Source: Eledone cirrhosa (Eukaryota). Taken from it: a DNA stretch of 64,000 bases. The notes under the pieces were generated by a model. That model saw nothing but the letters and a program-made list of their open reading frames with translations. It made no database searches and had not been told where the DNA came from. Positions within the stretch are counted from its first letter, which is position 1, and each line of letters opens with the position of its first letter. Location: the NCBI GenBank assembly GCA_964016885.1, contig OZ024755.1:38192001-38256000 (forward strand), read 5' to 3'. Of this stretch, positions 50,627 through 63,777 are shown piece after piece. The position numbers and the translations under genes are program-made.

Positions 50627-50972
50627 CATCATCATTTTCATCATTTCATTTTACGTCCGCTTTTCCCTGCTTGCACGGGTGGGACGGGAACTGATTCTGG
50701 CTTGATTTCTACAGCTGGATGCCCTTCCTAACACCAACCTCATTTACAGTGAGTGCTGGGTGCTTTTTTGCCATGGCACCTCCACGACCACTTTGCAGTG
50801 GAATGATAGGGACCCCAGTCCCTATCATCTCATTTCTACAGCTGAGTAAACTGGAGCAATGTGAAATAAAGTGTCTTGCTCAAGGAAACAACACATCACC
50901 CGGTCTGAGAATTGAACTCACAACCTTTTGATTGCAAGGACAATGCTCTAACCACTAAACCATGTGCCTCCA
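50627..50972 (-). mobile_element. Full-length tRNA-headed SINE
   Basis: Reverse match to 42851-43190. Confidence 0.9.
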
Positions 50973-51384
50973 TCTAAACCATGTGCCTCCATATATATAT
51001 ATATATATATCATCATCATCTAACATTTTTCCATAATTGGCTTGGGGGCTGTCCCTTGTGGAACAGTGGAGACAATAGGATTAGAATGTGTGTTGTATCT
51101 GTGTGTGTACACATGACAGACAGACAGACAGTAATTAAGTTATAATTTCTCTCCTATCAATCAATTCCCTTTAATCCTATTGTTTCCACTCTACCATTAA
51201 ACATCCTTTACTGACCATCTTTTTTTCCAGCTGAAATTGAAACCAAATCATTATTTACAATGAGACACATATCTGATAACTTAATAACTCTACTTATAAC
51301 TAATCAACAAAGATTGGTGGGGTTTAGCTGGTTTAACCCCTTCTTAACCATATTTATAATGAAATACACCGAATCTTGTTTTCA

Positions 51385-52022
51385 ATCATCATCATCATTG
51401 TTTTACGTCCATTCTTCCATGCTAGCATGGGTTAGACAGGTTGTCCTGTTGTGGACAATGCTAGGTCAGGTGACCATGTCTTGCTTATACAGAACTGATT
51501 TTGGCTCGATTTCTACAGCTGGGTGCCCTTCCTAATGCCAACCTCATTTTCAGTGAGTACTGGGTGTTTTTTTGTTTTGACACCACTTTACAGTGAGGAC
51601 TGGGTGCTTTTTGTTTTGACACCTACATGACCACTTTACAGTGCGTACTGGGTGCTTTTTGTTGTGACACCTACTTGACCACTTTGTAGTGCGTATTGGG
51701 TGCTTTTTCTTTTGACACCTACATGACCACTTTACAGCGTGGACTGGGTGCTTTTTGTTTTGACACCTACATGACCACTTTACAGTGTGGACTGGGTGCT
51801 TTTTGTTTTGCCACCTACATGACCACTTTACAGTGTGGACTGGGTGCTTTTTGTTGTGACACCTACATGACCACTTTGCAGTGCGTATTGGGTGGTTTTG
51901 TTTTGACACCTACATGACCACTTTACAGTGTGGACTGGGTGCTTTTTGTTTTGACACCAACACAACCACTTTACAGTGTGGACTGGGTGCTTTTTGTTTT
52001 TGTCATTACACCTACACAACCA
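51385..52022 (-). mobile_element. SINE/RTE tail with a 48-bp internal unit amplified about 9 times
   Basis: gacacctacatgaccactttacagtgtggactgggtgctttttgtttt. Confidence 0.85.
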
Positions 52023-52898
52023 TTTTATGCTGGATGCTTTTTATCGTGATAGGGAGCTTTTTTAAAAATAATAATGGGTTGATAGTTGTATATATAGTGT
52101 TGTTAGTGGTATATAGTGTTGTTAGAGGTTAGAATAGTTATATAATAGTAATGTAAAGATAGACACCAGAAGGCTATGCCACTGTTATTCATGGTTATAA
52201 TGAGTGATCTTTTACCAATATGTCAATTAGGATTTCGGTGAGAGAGAGAAGGATCTAGAACGTAACAGCTGGTCTGCCACAGAAACATGAGCAGAATATT
52301 GATTTCTAATTGGAAGTTGGGGCAAAAGTTGATTAAATCAACCCCAGTACTTAACTGATACTTTATTTTACCGACCTTAGAATGAAAAATGGCAAAGTTG
52401 ACCTTGGCAGGATTTGAACTCTGAATGTAAGAAGTCAGAATAAATACCACAATAGCATTTTATCTAATGCTCTACCAATTCTGCCAATTCACCACCCTTT
52501 ACATGAACATAATAGTGAAACATGATTTATTAATATATAGATATGTATATACTATATACATTGTCTGTGTATATATATATATATATACACCCAGTTTAGA
52601 ATGTGAAGACTATGGCTTAGTGGTTAGAGAATGGATTCACAATCGTGAGGTTGTGAGTTTGAATTCTGGACCGGGAAATGTGTTATGTCCTTGAGCAAGG
52701 TACTTTATTTCACGTTGCTCTTTCTACCAGGAGTTGCGACCAGTAGATAGGATCAGAGTTAAGGTTTATGTGAGGTGGTGTTTTGTTAGTATTGGCATGG
52801 GAAATAGTCTTCCTTAGAGAACAAAGTAGAACAGAAAAAAGATTTACACACACACACACACACTATCTCTATATATATATATATGCTTACAAACATAT

Positions 52899-52948
<50 letters not shown>

Positions 52949-53067
52949 TCTCTCTATATATATATATATGCTTACAAACATATATTTACACACACACACA
53001 CACACACACTCTCTCTATATATATATATGCTTACAAACATATATTTACACACACACACACACACACA

Positions 53068-53113
<46 letters not shown>

Positions 53114-53159
53114 GCTTACAAACATATATTTACACACACACACGCTCTCTCTTTCTCCC

Positions 53160-53196
<37 letters not shown>

Positions 53197-53559
53197 ATAC
53201 TTACTAACATATATAAACACATATGTCTTTAGTATTATCACTTGTACTGTCACTCTATAAATATAAGACACTGTACTATTTTCCTAAACATTTGCAGCTG
53301 TTTTCTCTACCTACTAAACACTGCTCCCTTACCCCCCCCCCCCCCCCCGTCTATATTTATTATTTTACACTGTTGTTGTTTTCATGTGTTTTTTGTTGTT
53401 TCTTTTGACCGGGTGGGGTTCTATTCCCTGTCAACCATTCCAGATCCCCCCCTCCCCAACAACAACAACAACAACTACCAATACTGACAAAATGTATTTT
53501 CTTCCCATCTGTTTTTTCTTCCTTTTTATTCATGTATATTTCTGGAGTTGTACTTGTCT

Positions 53560-54695
53560 TGCAAGTGACTTCCCCTGAGACTGACTTCATCTGAGACTGT
53601 GACTTCACCTGAGACTGTGACTTCACCTGAGACTGTGACTTGATCTGAGACTGTAAGTGACTTGATCTGAGACTGTGACTTCATCTGAGACTGTAAGTGA
53701 CTTCATCTGAGACTGTGACTTCATCTGAGACTGTGACTTGATCTGAGACTGTAAGTGACTTCATCTGAGACTGTAAGTGACTTCATCTGAGACTGTGACT
53801 TCATCTGAGACTGTGACTTGATCTGAGACTGTGACTTCACCTGAGACTGTAAGTGACTTCACCTGAGACTGTGACTTGATCTGAGACTGTGACTTCACCT
53901 GAGACTGTGACTTCACCTGAGACTGTGACTTCATCTGAGACTGTGACTTCATCTGAGACTGTAAGTGACTTCATCTGAGACTGTAAGTGACTTCATCTGA
54001 GACTGCAAGTGACTTCATCTGAGACTGTAAGTGACTTCACCTGAGACTGTGACTTAACCTGAGACTGTGACTTAACCTGAGACTGTGACTTGATCTGAGA
54101 CTGTAAGTGACTTCATCTGAGACTGCAAGTGACTTCATCTGAGACTGCAAGTGACTTCATCTGAGACTGTAAGTGACTTCATCTGAGACTGCAAGTGACT
54201 TCATCTGAGACTGCAAGTGACTTCATCTGAGACTGTAAGTAACTTCATCTGGGACTGCAAGTGACTTCATCTGAGACTGCAAGTGACTTCATCTGGGACT
54301 GCAAGTAACTTCATCTGGGACTGCAAGTGACTTCATCTGAGACTGCAAGTGACTTCATCTGGGACTGCAAGTGACTTCATCTGAGACTGCAAGTGACTTC
54401 ATCTGAGACTGTAAGTGACTTCATCTGAGACTGCAAGTGACTTCATCTGAGACTGCAAGTGACTTCATCTGAGACTGCAAGTGACTTCATCTGAGACTGC
54501 AAGTGACTTCATCTGAGACTGTAAGTGACTTCATCTGAGACTGCAAGTGACTTCATCTGAGACTGCAAGTGACTTCATCTGAGACTGTAAGTGACTTCAT
54601 CTGAGACTGTAAGTGACTTCATCTGAGACTGTAAGTGACTTCATCTGAGACTGTAAATGACTTCATCTGAGACTGTAAGTGACTTCATCTGAGAC
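53560..54695. repeat. 18/22-bp minisatellite
   Basis: gtgacttcatctgagact with or without gtaa/gcaa. Confidence 0.95.
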
Positions 54696-56148
54696 CCTAT
54701 GTTGAAACAAAAGCAATTACGACATGGAAAAGTCATGTTTAGACCTTCAATTTAATCTAATCTGGCCGAGTTTACACTCACAAATAAGAACCAGGGCCGC
54801 CCCTAGGAGCATTGGATTTGGTGTACTTCATATTTGTTTCGGTTGCTGAATACAACCAGGGGTCACTGCTTCTCCTGAAGGTCAATAGTTCTCTTCTAAC
54901 TCGAGCGGGAGCGCCTTTCCATTGTCAATTTGCATTGATCATCTGCAAAGCCACATTGTTCTCAGAACCACTACACCAGTCTTTTGATGTGTGCAGCTGG
55001 AACTACTGCCACCCATTGATTTGGCAGGGTTTTTTTTGTTTTTTTTTTCAAAACACCCATAAAAACTGATAACTTCCAATATCCTGTAATGATTTATCAG
55101 AAAATATCTAAAAACATGTTTATTAGTTCAAATGTTTATTGTATCTTTACTGGTGGATAGATTGTGAAAATTTGCAGTATTAGAATACAGACTAATTAAT
55201 AATGTGATGCAGCCATATAAGGTTTGTTCCCAAAATAAGGGAACTCATGTTTTATTTAAATGTATATTAGATGTACACAAAGTTATCTCGTTCAAAATAT
55301 GGCCCTTGGGAAGTCACACAGTGGTTCAAATGTGTTTTCCATTGATTGTAACAGTACCAGAAGACATTTTCTTTGAGTGTCCTTAGCTCATTGGTTACAA
55401 ATTTTTTGTATGTTTTCCACAGTCCCAATATGATGACCCTTCAAACTTGGTTACAATTTGGGTAAGAAGTAGAAATCTCACTTATGATTGCTTTGGTACT
55501 TTTCAAGAATGCCTTACTTATGTGGTTTTATGTGGTACATGCAGGACATTAGAAATTAAATTCAGTTTACACATATCAGTAAAACTGTCAGTGACCATGC
55601 TGCAGTGCAAGGAGCATTGTGACACTAAGAAAATGATAAATGAAAATAAGATTTTGACAGTTTTTATGTGTAGTTTTGAAATGCCAAACTGATTCTTCCA
55701 TGATGTAATTGCAAATCATTGACAACTCACACCTATTCAAGTTTAGCTGGCTTTTTTATGAGGTTACATCCCATGGGAACAGGGTCAGACCTAGTGAAAG
55801 GAGAGGGGCCAAATGCCCTGCCTCTTCCCCATCAAACAGAGCCCATTTGTCTGAACAGGACCCCCTTATTTTTTCTTCCTCTTTCTTTCTCTGCTTATGT
55901 GCATGTATATATATATATATATATATAAATTTAAATTCAGCGAGAATCACATTTAGGTGGGTAGAAAGAACGAAACGTAATGCAAATTCAGGGTCATGCT
56001 GGCTAAAAAACTAGAGCTATAAACATAGGTTATAAACGCCATACAAACCAAGATGGCGGTCAAGAAGGCATTAACCGCCTAAGCCAAAAAACAAGTCAAG
56101 CTAAACAGGTCAGACAAAATAAAAGACATAATCATACATGTATATATA

Positions 56149-56480
56149 TATTTAAAAGAATAGAGGTGTAACACACAAGTTATGATATATTGGTAAACGG
56201 AAAAGAAAATGCTGACAAATTGTTCACAGTGAAAAATAGTTTAATTAGGAATAAGTGAAAATTAGTAATAGTATTGGTTAGTATTCAGTTTTGGTTTTAA
56301 GTTTTACCGGTTGCGCATTTCTAATGCTTTTCAAAAATAATTTTGAGATAGAGCGCCCGTGACTTAAAACCAAAACTGAATACTAACCAATACTTATTAC
56401 TAATTTTCACTTATTCCTAATTAAACTATTTTTCACTGGGAACAATTTGTCAGCATTTTCTTTTCCGTTTACCAATATAT
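56149..56480 (-). mobile_element. Fold-back element, same family as 50297-50626, with the loop in opposite orientation
   Basis: Arms 56185-56301 and 56363-56480. Confidence 0.9.
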
Positions 56481-56556
56481 ATATATATACACACATATAT
56501 ATATATATATTATTCAAAATATTAACAAATGAAACATATTCTCATAATATATATAT

Positions 56557-56594
<38 letters not shown>

Positions 56595-56844
56595 GTTCAT
56601 ACACGGAACAAATATAAAGATGGAAACGTGTGTATGTTGTTATATCCTGCATGTGTGTATGTATGTTATATCCAACATGTGTGTATGTATGTTATATCCT
56701 AGATGTATATATGTTGTTATATCCTACATTTGTGTATGTATGTTATATCGTGAACTGCTACAGCCCCAGGGGCCCTGTATTGATTCATGTTCACACCACG
56801 ACTTATTTGAAGGACATTTTAGAGCTGGGACAACCGTTTCACCA

Positions 56845-56965
56845 CGATCTGAGTTCAAATCCCGCCGAGGTTAACTTTGCCTTTCATCCTTACGGGGTCG
56901 ATAAAATAAAGTACCAGTAATGCACTGGGATAATTGCTGGCCTTGTGCCAAAAAGTAGAAACAAC
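56845..56965 (+). mobile_element. SINE 3' part
   Basis: gagttcaaatcccgccgagg...ggccttgtgccaaaaagtagaaac; same tail at positions 1-35. Confidence 0.85.
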
Positions 56966-57303
56966 TATCCATGTAAACACCACATGTAGTATTTGGCAGA
57001 AAATTGGATTTAGAACTGCTCACGCATACATTAATTGCATGTTAAAATAATCATTTACACACATGCGCACACGCACACACAAATAAGTGAGGCAAGAGGC
57101 TATAGTTCAAATTTTCTTTATTGAAACGTAATTGTAGGTAAAATTATGTGGGTAACATAAAACCCAATGGTGGGGCAGAGGTGGGGTGAGAAGCAGAACA
57201 TAAGGTTTGGTCAAGTTTTAATGGGGGGGGGGGGCTTTGTTGGTGTGGTTTTCACTAAATATTGCTGTAACTTGAATCCTTGTGGACTAACTTAATCCTT
57301 AAT

Positions 57304-57339
<36 letters not shown>

Positions 57340-57352
57340 CATCATCATCACT

Positions 57353-57880
57353 GTTGGCTGGCTGGTTGGTTGGTTGGTTGGTTGGCTGGTTGGTTGGTGG
57401 CTGGATGGATGGATGGTTGGTGGCTAGCTGGTTGGTTGGTTGGTGGCTAGCTGGTTGGTTGGTTGGTGGCTGGGTGGGTGGCTGGTTGGCTGGCTGGCTG
57501 GATGGTTGGAGGTGGCTGGTTGGTGGCTAGCTGGCTGGCTAGCTGGCTGGCTGGCAGGATGGTGGCTGGTTGGTGGGTGGCTGGCAGGATGGTGGCTGGT
57601 TGGTGGCTAGCTGGCTGGCTGGCTGGATGGTTGGCTGGCTGGCTGGCAGGATGGTGGCTGGTTTGCTGGTTGGTGGCTGGCTGGTTGCTGGTTGGTGGCT
57701 GGCTGGCTGGCTAGCTGGCTGGCAGGATGGTGGCTGGTTGGTGGGTGGCTGGTTGGTGGCTAGCTGGCTGGCTGGCGGGATGGTGGGTGGCTGGTTGGTT
57801 GGTTGGTGGCTAGCTGGCTGGCTGGCTGGTTGGTGGATGGCTGGCTGGTTGGCTGGCTGGTGGCTGGCTGGCTGGTTGGT
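57353..57880. repeat. (GGCT/GGTT)n degenerate tetranucleotide tract
   Basis: Direct reading. Confidence 0.95.
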
Positions 57881-58261
57881 ATATATGGGATGACTGCTGT
57901 CTTGATAAACAGAATGTTCCCATACTGAAAGACACCCGACCCATCCTTCAAATACTATAAACAATTCTTATTCATTGATAAACTGTGAAATATATGTCTC
58001 AGCTTGTTTATCAGCCTCAGACCTCTCTGTCAACTTTAACCCTTTGCCCCACGTTGGTAATGGGTAGGAAGGGTGGTGTTGGGTAGTCTAGGAGTGGTGG
58101 TGTTGGGTAGTCTAGGAGGGGGTGTGTTGGGTAGTCTAGGGCTGGGGGGGGGTATTCTAGTTACATTCCTCTCCTAATAGAATTCTTTCTGGAAATATCC
58201 CAGTCCTAAGATGTTATTTCTCATCTCTGTCTTTCATGTCACTACTGTATATGTTGTTTAG

Positions 58262-58858
58262 CCCCCCCCCCCCCCCCCCCCCCACAACCATCATCACCAC
58301 CACCACCACCATCGCCACCACCACCACCATCGCCACCACCATCATGATCATCACCATCATCTCCACCACCACTAATATCATCATCATCACCACTACTATC
58401 ATCATCATCATCACCACCACCATCATCATCACCACCACCACTACTATCACCATCATCACCACCACCACCATCATGATCATAATCACCATCACCACTACTA
58501 TCACCATCAACATCACCACCACTACCACCACCACTACCACCACTACCACCACCACCACTACCACCACCACCACTACTACCACCACCACTACCACCACCAC
58601 CACTATCATCACCACCACTACCACCATCACCACCACCATCACCACCACCATCACCGCCGCCTCCACCACCACTACTATCATCATCACCACTATCATCACC
58701 ATCACCACCACTATCACCACCACCACTACCATCACCACCATCACCGCCACCACTATCATCACTATCACCACCACCACTATCACCACCACCACCACTATCA
58801 CCACCACTATCACCACCACTATCACCACCACTATCACCACCACCACCACCTTCATCAT
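58262..58858. repeat. Poly-C and (CCA/TCA/CTA)n tract
   Basis: Direct reading. Confidence 0.95.
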
Positions 58859-59094
58859 ACTGTTACTTTCCATGTTGGAAGAGTAGGCAGGTTTATCACA
58901 GTGTAGGTGTAGACTGGATGAGGTAGGGAAGTTCACCTCATACTTCCATGTTGGGGCCTACTTACAACTCAACTATTCCATTACATCATGTAGACTTTCT
59001 CACTTGCAGATGCACAAACTTTGTACGCATTGCAGTCAGACTGATAAATGTGCCTACAAGTTGCTTTTTTCCCCTCTCTCTCTCTCTCTCTCGC

Positions 59095-59125
<31 letters not shown>

Positions 59126-59135
59126 CTCTCTCTCT

Positions 59136-59233
<98 letters not shown>

Positions 59234-59293
59234 CTCTCTCTCTATATATATAATATATAGAGAGGTGTGTGTATATATATATATATATATATA

Positions 59294-59668
59294 TCATCAT
59301 CATCATCATCGTTTAACGTCCATATTCCACGCTTGCATGGGTTTGGACGGGAGTTTTCCCACTTGAGGCAAGAGTGCTTGTCATTGCTCGCGTAGGACTG
59401 TCTGGCGGGTTTTCTACAGCTGGATGCCCTTCCTAACACCAACCACATTTACAGTGTGGACTGGGAGGTTTTTACCGTGTTACCTACACGGCCACATTAC
59501 AGCATGGACTGTGTGTTTTTTTGTCGTGACACCTACACGACCTCATTTGTTTAGGACTGGATGTTGTGGTTCCAACATAACTTTACATTGAAAGGGGTGG
59601 TGTAGATGGGGTGGGGGTAGTGGGACGGGGGTGTATTTTGTTAGAGGTGCCTACTGACTGTAGTAGGT
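59294..59668 (-). mobile_element. RTE 3'UTR fragment inside TA/CT microsatellite
   Basis: Reverse match to 40428-40790. Confidence 0.9.
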
Positions 59669-59756
59669 ATATATATATATATATATATATATAGTATATA
59701 TATATATATGTATATATATATATAGTATATATATGTATATATATATATATAGTATA

Positions 59757-59795
<39 letters not shown>

Positions 59796-59874
59796 TATAT
59801 ATATATATGTGTATATATATATATATGTGTATACACACCTCTCTCTCTCTACATATATACACCTCTCTCTCTCT

Positions 59875-59935
<61 letters not shown>

Positions 59936-59996
59936 TTCTCTCTCTATATATATATATAATATATATATATATACACCTCTCTCTCTATATATATAT

Positions 59997-60029
<33 letters not shown>

Positions 60030-60032
60030 CAC

Positions 60033-60118
<86 letters not shown>

Positions 60119-60594
60119 CCCTCTGTCTCTAAATGTATATATGTATACACCTCTCTCTCTCTCTACACCTGTCCCTCTACCCTCTCTCTCTCTCTACCCT
60201 CCTCTCTCTCTACACCTATATCTCTACCCACCCCTCTCTCTACAGCTATATCTCTACCCACCCCTCTCTATGTATTGAGAAACCCCCATCTAATCCACAA
60301 ACACCCTAAACTGACAACAACCTTATCAGAATTATTGAATATAACCAATCTATTTGAAGTTGGAACATTTCCCTCAATTATTAAAGCAAACCTAATCAAT
60401 ATTTCTCTTGTTTCCATTGATTGCATTCTATAGACAAGGATTTACAATGATGGGTGGTCTCGGGGGGGGGGGGGGGGTCATGCGGTCTAGGGGGGGTGTT
60501 TTGTGGTGGTAGGTTGCTATGATAGTTCCACTTTTATTTTCTATTTTACCATTTCTTCTGTTTATTCTTTACTGCATTCTATCAAGTAATGTTA

Positions 60595-60870
60595 CTCGGA
60601 AGCTCGGAGACCAGAGAGTCGCTCCATGTAGAGGTCACAGCTCCAATATTATGGACGTGTGATTAGAATGTCTCAGGATAGAATTGCTGGACAGATCTTA
60701 TGGGCAATACTAACCGGCAGGAAACCCAAGGGTAAACTCCAAGCAAAATGGTTGGAGATGGACGTTAAACAATGATGATGATGATGGTTGCTTCTGATAG
60801 GACCCTCTGGAAGGAGTGATTGAGGATTCTGCCCCCAGACCCTCTCAGGAATAAGTGGACAAAAAAGCAA
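60595..60870 (+). mobile_element. RTE (Expander-like) LINE 3' fragment
   Basis: YYGRVIRMSQDRIAGQIL...GRKPKGK..KWL; matches 62045-62330 in reverse. Confidence 0.7.
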
Positions 60871-61005
60871 TAGTATTCTTTACTGTTTTCATTGTTTCAA
60901 AGGTTTCCAAACTTTTTCATCCTCGTGGTAACTTTTTACCTCGTGGTAACTTTTCAAAAGTAAATTTACCCCTACCATGTTTTGTTCAGTAATTTTACTT
61001 TACAT

Positions 61006-61203
61006 CATATGGGAACTGATTTTGACTTGCTTTCTACAGTTGGTGTTAGGAAGGGCATCCAGCTGTAGAAATCAAGCCAAAATCAGTTCCCGTATGAGCA
61101 AGACATGGTCACCTGACCTAGCATTGCCCACAACAGGACAACCTGTCTAAACCATGCTAACGTGAAAGAATGGACATAAAATGGTGATGATGATGATGAT
61201 GAC
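61006..61203 (+). mobile_element. SINE tail with an inverted 5' duplication
   Basis: 38-bp arms 61006-61043 and 61059-61096. Confidence 0.8.
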
Positions 61204-62039
61204 CTCTACCATAACACAGCAACTGACAGAGAGGACATTTTGAAATATTGCTTTTAATATTATTATTTATTGGCAGAATCATTAAAGTGCTGACCAAAAT
61301 GTTTTTCAGTATTTAGTTATGGCTCTTTATCTTCTGGGTTCAATTCCCATCAAGGTCAACTTTGCCTGTTAGTATATGTTATTACTATGTATATAAGGGA
61401 TTCAAACACTGCCTCCTCTTATAAAAAAGGGGTCACACTTCTGTCTGGGGTTGCAACTGACATAGTATCAGCAATGAAAATAAAAATGAAAACATGCTTT
61501 CCTTGGTCCAGCCTGGAAAATTGACTTTTTCAACTTTTTGTTTTAATACTGTTCTTTTTGGTATCTCCTTGGCAACACAAAGGAAGAAAGAAATTGTATA
61601 TATACTCATCACCCTTTTACACAAAAATGTGATGTGAAAAAGCAGCATGTACAACATCTCAGTTGAAAATATATGGTACATTGTAAATAGTGTATATAAG
61701 TTAAGGTGTAGCTTATATACGAGTCTTTGAAGAGGTTTAATAAACTTTGTAACTTTATAAATTGTTAATCAATTGAAATTTCATGTTATAGTGAAATTTA
61801 TATAAATCTTTTTGATAGCAAATTACATGAAACCACCCTTAGTTCTATGATACAAAACTGTATTTGAAAGTGTTTATATTTATCTATAAACCTTTCATGA
61901 TTTTATATAAGAACTTTTAAGATGTGTTCCAAATACAGGAAGTGGTGTAACTAAATCCTTTAAAAATGATTTGAAAATCATTGGCAATGTCTTTTATTTT
62001 AAAATATGGTAAGGAAAAGGTTAAGGTTTTTATCTTCTT

Positions 62040-62560
62040 CTCTTCTTTGACCACTTATTCCTGAGAGGGCCATGGGCGCAGAACCCTAAACACTCCTTCC
62101 AGCAGGTCCTGACAGAAACAACCATCTCCAACTGATCCAGCTGGATCCCCAATTGAGACCTTCCAAGCTCATGGATGTTATCCAACCATCTTACTCAGGG
62201 TCTACACTAGCGTCTTCTGCCGTTTGGTTTTGTTCGTAAAATCAGTCCAGCAGTTCTTTCTTGAGACATTCTAACCACGTGCCCTTAGTATAGGAACTCT
62301 GATCTCTCAAATTGAATGGGATCTAGTCCATAACACATCCTGACTTGTGAGCATCCCCACTCCCGCCTGTGCAGTCATTTCTGGCACCCACCTGAATAGT
62401 GGAGTTTCCATCTTCCATCCAAATCTACAGTATCAGGGCCACAGAACTTTGTTGAGGAAACCCTGAAACTGGTAGCATCTAGCCTCCTCCACTAGTTCCT
62501 GCTCCTTACCTCTAAGGGTTGTGATGTTCCAGGTTCCAATTTTCAAGATTTACTCTCTTC
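62040..62560 (-). mobile_element. Internally deleted RTE (Expander-like) LINE
   Basis: AP-endonuclease start LKIGTWNITTLRGKEQELVEE joined within about 250 bp to the C-terminal GHVVRMSQER...RWLDNI. Confidence 0.8.
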
Positions 62561-63066
62561 TGGACCCTCTTTGGTGTTTTGGGATATGCAATGTTTGTGT
62601 GTCCATCCCACGCCTCCTAGTACAGGTTGCAGGCCCATCGCCAGTTTTTGCGGCATAAAATGGAGACTGCAATATATTTTTCAAACAGACCCCTCTACCT
62701 AAGGCCTGACTGTGGCCCTTGTTAACCCACATGAAGGACGATGTGGTATGGTTCTTTCTTGTTTTCCTCATCATATTGCAGTTTTGTTTTAGTGGTCTTA
62801 TTCATGCCAGTCAGCAATTTGGATCTTTGTCAAACCCGTGAAGACTAGGCTTGTAGAAGTGCCCTATAATCACCTCATAGTTTTTATATTTATCTAAAAG
62901 CCTTCCATCCTAATGAGAACTTTATTTTTATTAAGTCTCTTCAATTTTTCAATGTCTTTCATTAGAAATATAAGAAAAGCATTAAATATGTAGAGGTGGC
63001 CTTGGGTGGGTTGGTTGCTATTAAAACAGAGATCAGCCAATCTAATGAGAGTTTCTTTTATTTTAG

Positions 63067-63230
63067 CACAACTGGAGGAAAAGGGAAATGTTTGAATGTC
63101 CATGCCACAAGGAATGGTACCAAGGATGACGATGAAAACTGTGATAATAGTGTCTTATACAAGAAAGTACAAAGTGGAGGGGACATACCTATTTGGGGTT
63201 TGCAAAAACCAGCACCAGAGAAACCAAAGG
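63067..63230 (+). CDS. Candidate internal coding exon (164 nt) of an unidentified gene
   Basis: ctaat branch point, tttcttttattttAG acceptor, G|GTAAGA donor; only one open frame TTGGKGKCLNVHATRNGTKDDDENCDNSVLYKKVQSGGDIPIWGLQKPAPEKPK. Confidence 0.55.
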
Positions 63231-63712
63231 GTAAGATTTCTTTAAAAATTGCATCCTTAATAGGTATTTGCTTTTTATATTTATGTAAAAAAAAAAAAAA
63301 GAAGTATTTACTGTTTTGTACTGATTTTGTAATGACATTTTAATTAGTAATATCATTGATATTACTATTTTAATTAGTAATATCAATGATATTTTAATTA
63401 GTAAACAATGATCTACTCTTGTGAAGGCCACAGCATCTTAATGTGGTCTCACAGTAATAATGTTATGGGTTTGACTCCCAGGCCAAGCATTTCATTTGTG
63501 TTTTTGAGAAAGACTCTTCATTTCACATTGCTCCATTCCACTCAGAAGATAAATTAGTACCAGCAGCCTCAGGGAATTAACCGTGTGATGGAGAGGAGTC
63601 TCATCTTCCACTCTCACTTATTTAACACCAATGAAACTAGCATCACTCTCATGAGCATCTGGACTCAGAAAAGACTTTAACTTAGTATACTGTTACTTTT
63701 GTTACTCTGTAT

Positions 63713-63777
<65 letters not shown>

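Noticed and set aside
54812-55030. Possible exon
   Set aside because: All frames after the best minus-strand acceptor close quickly and no convincing splice pair was found
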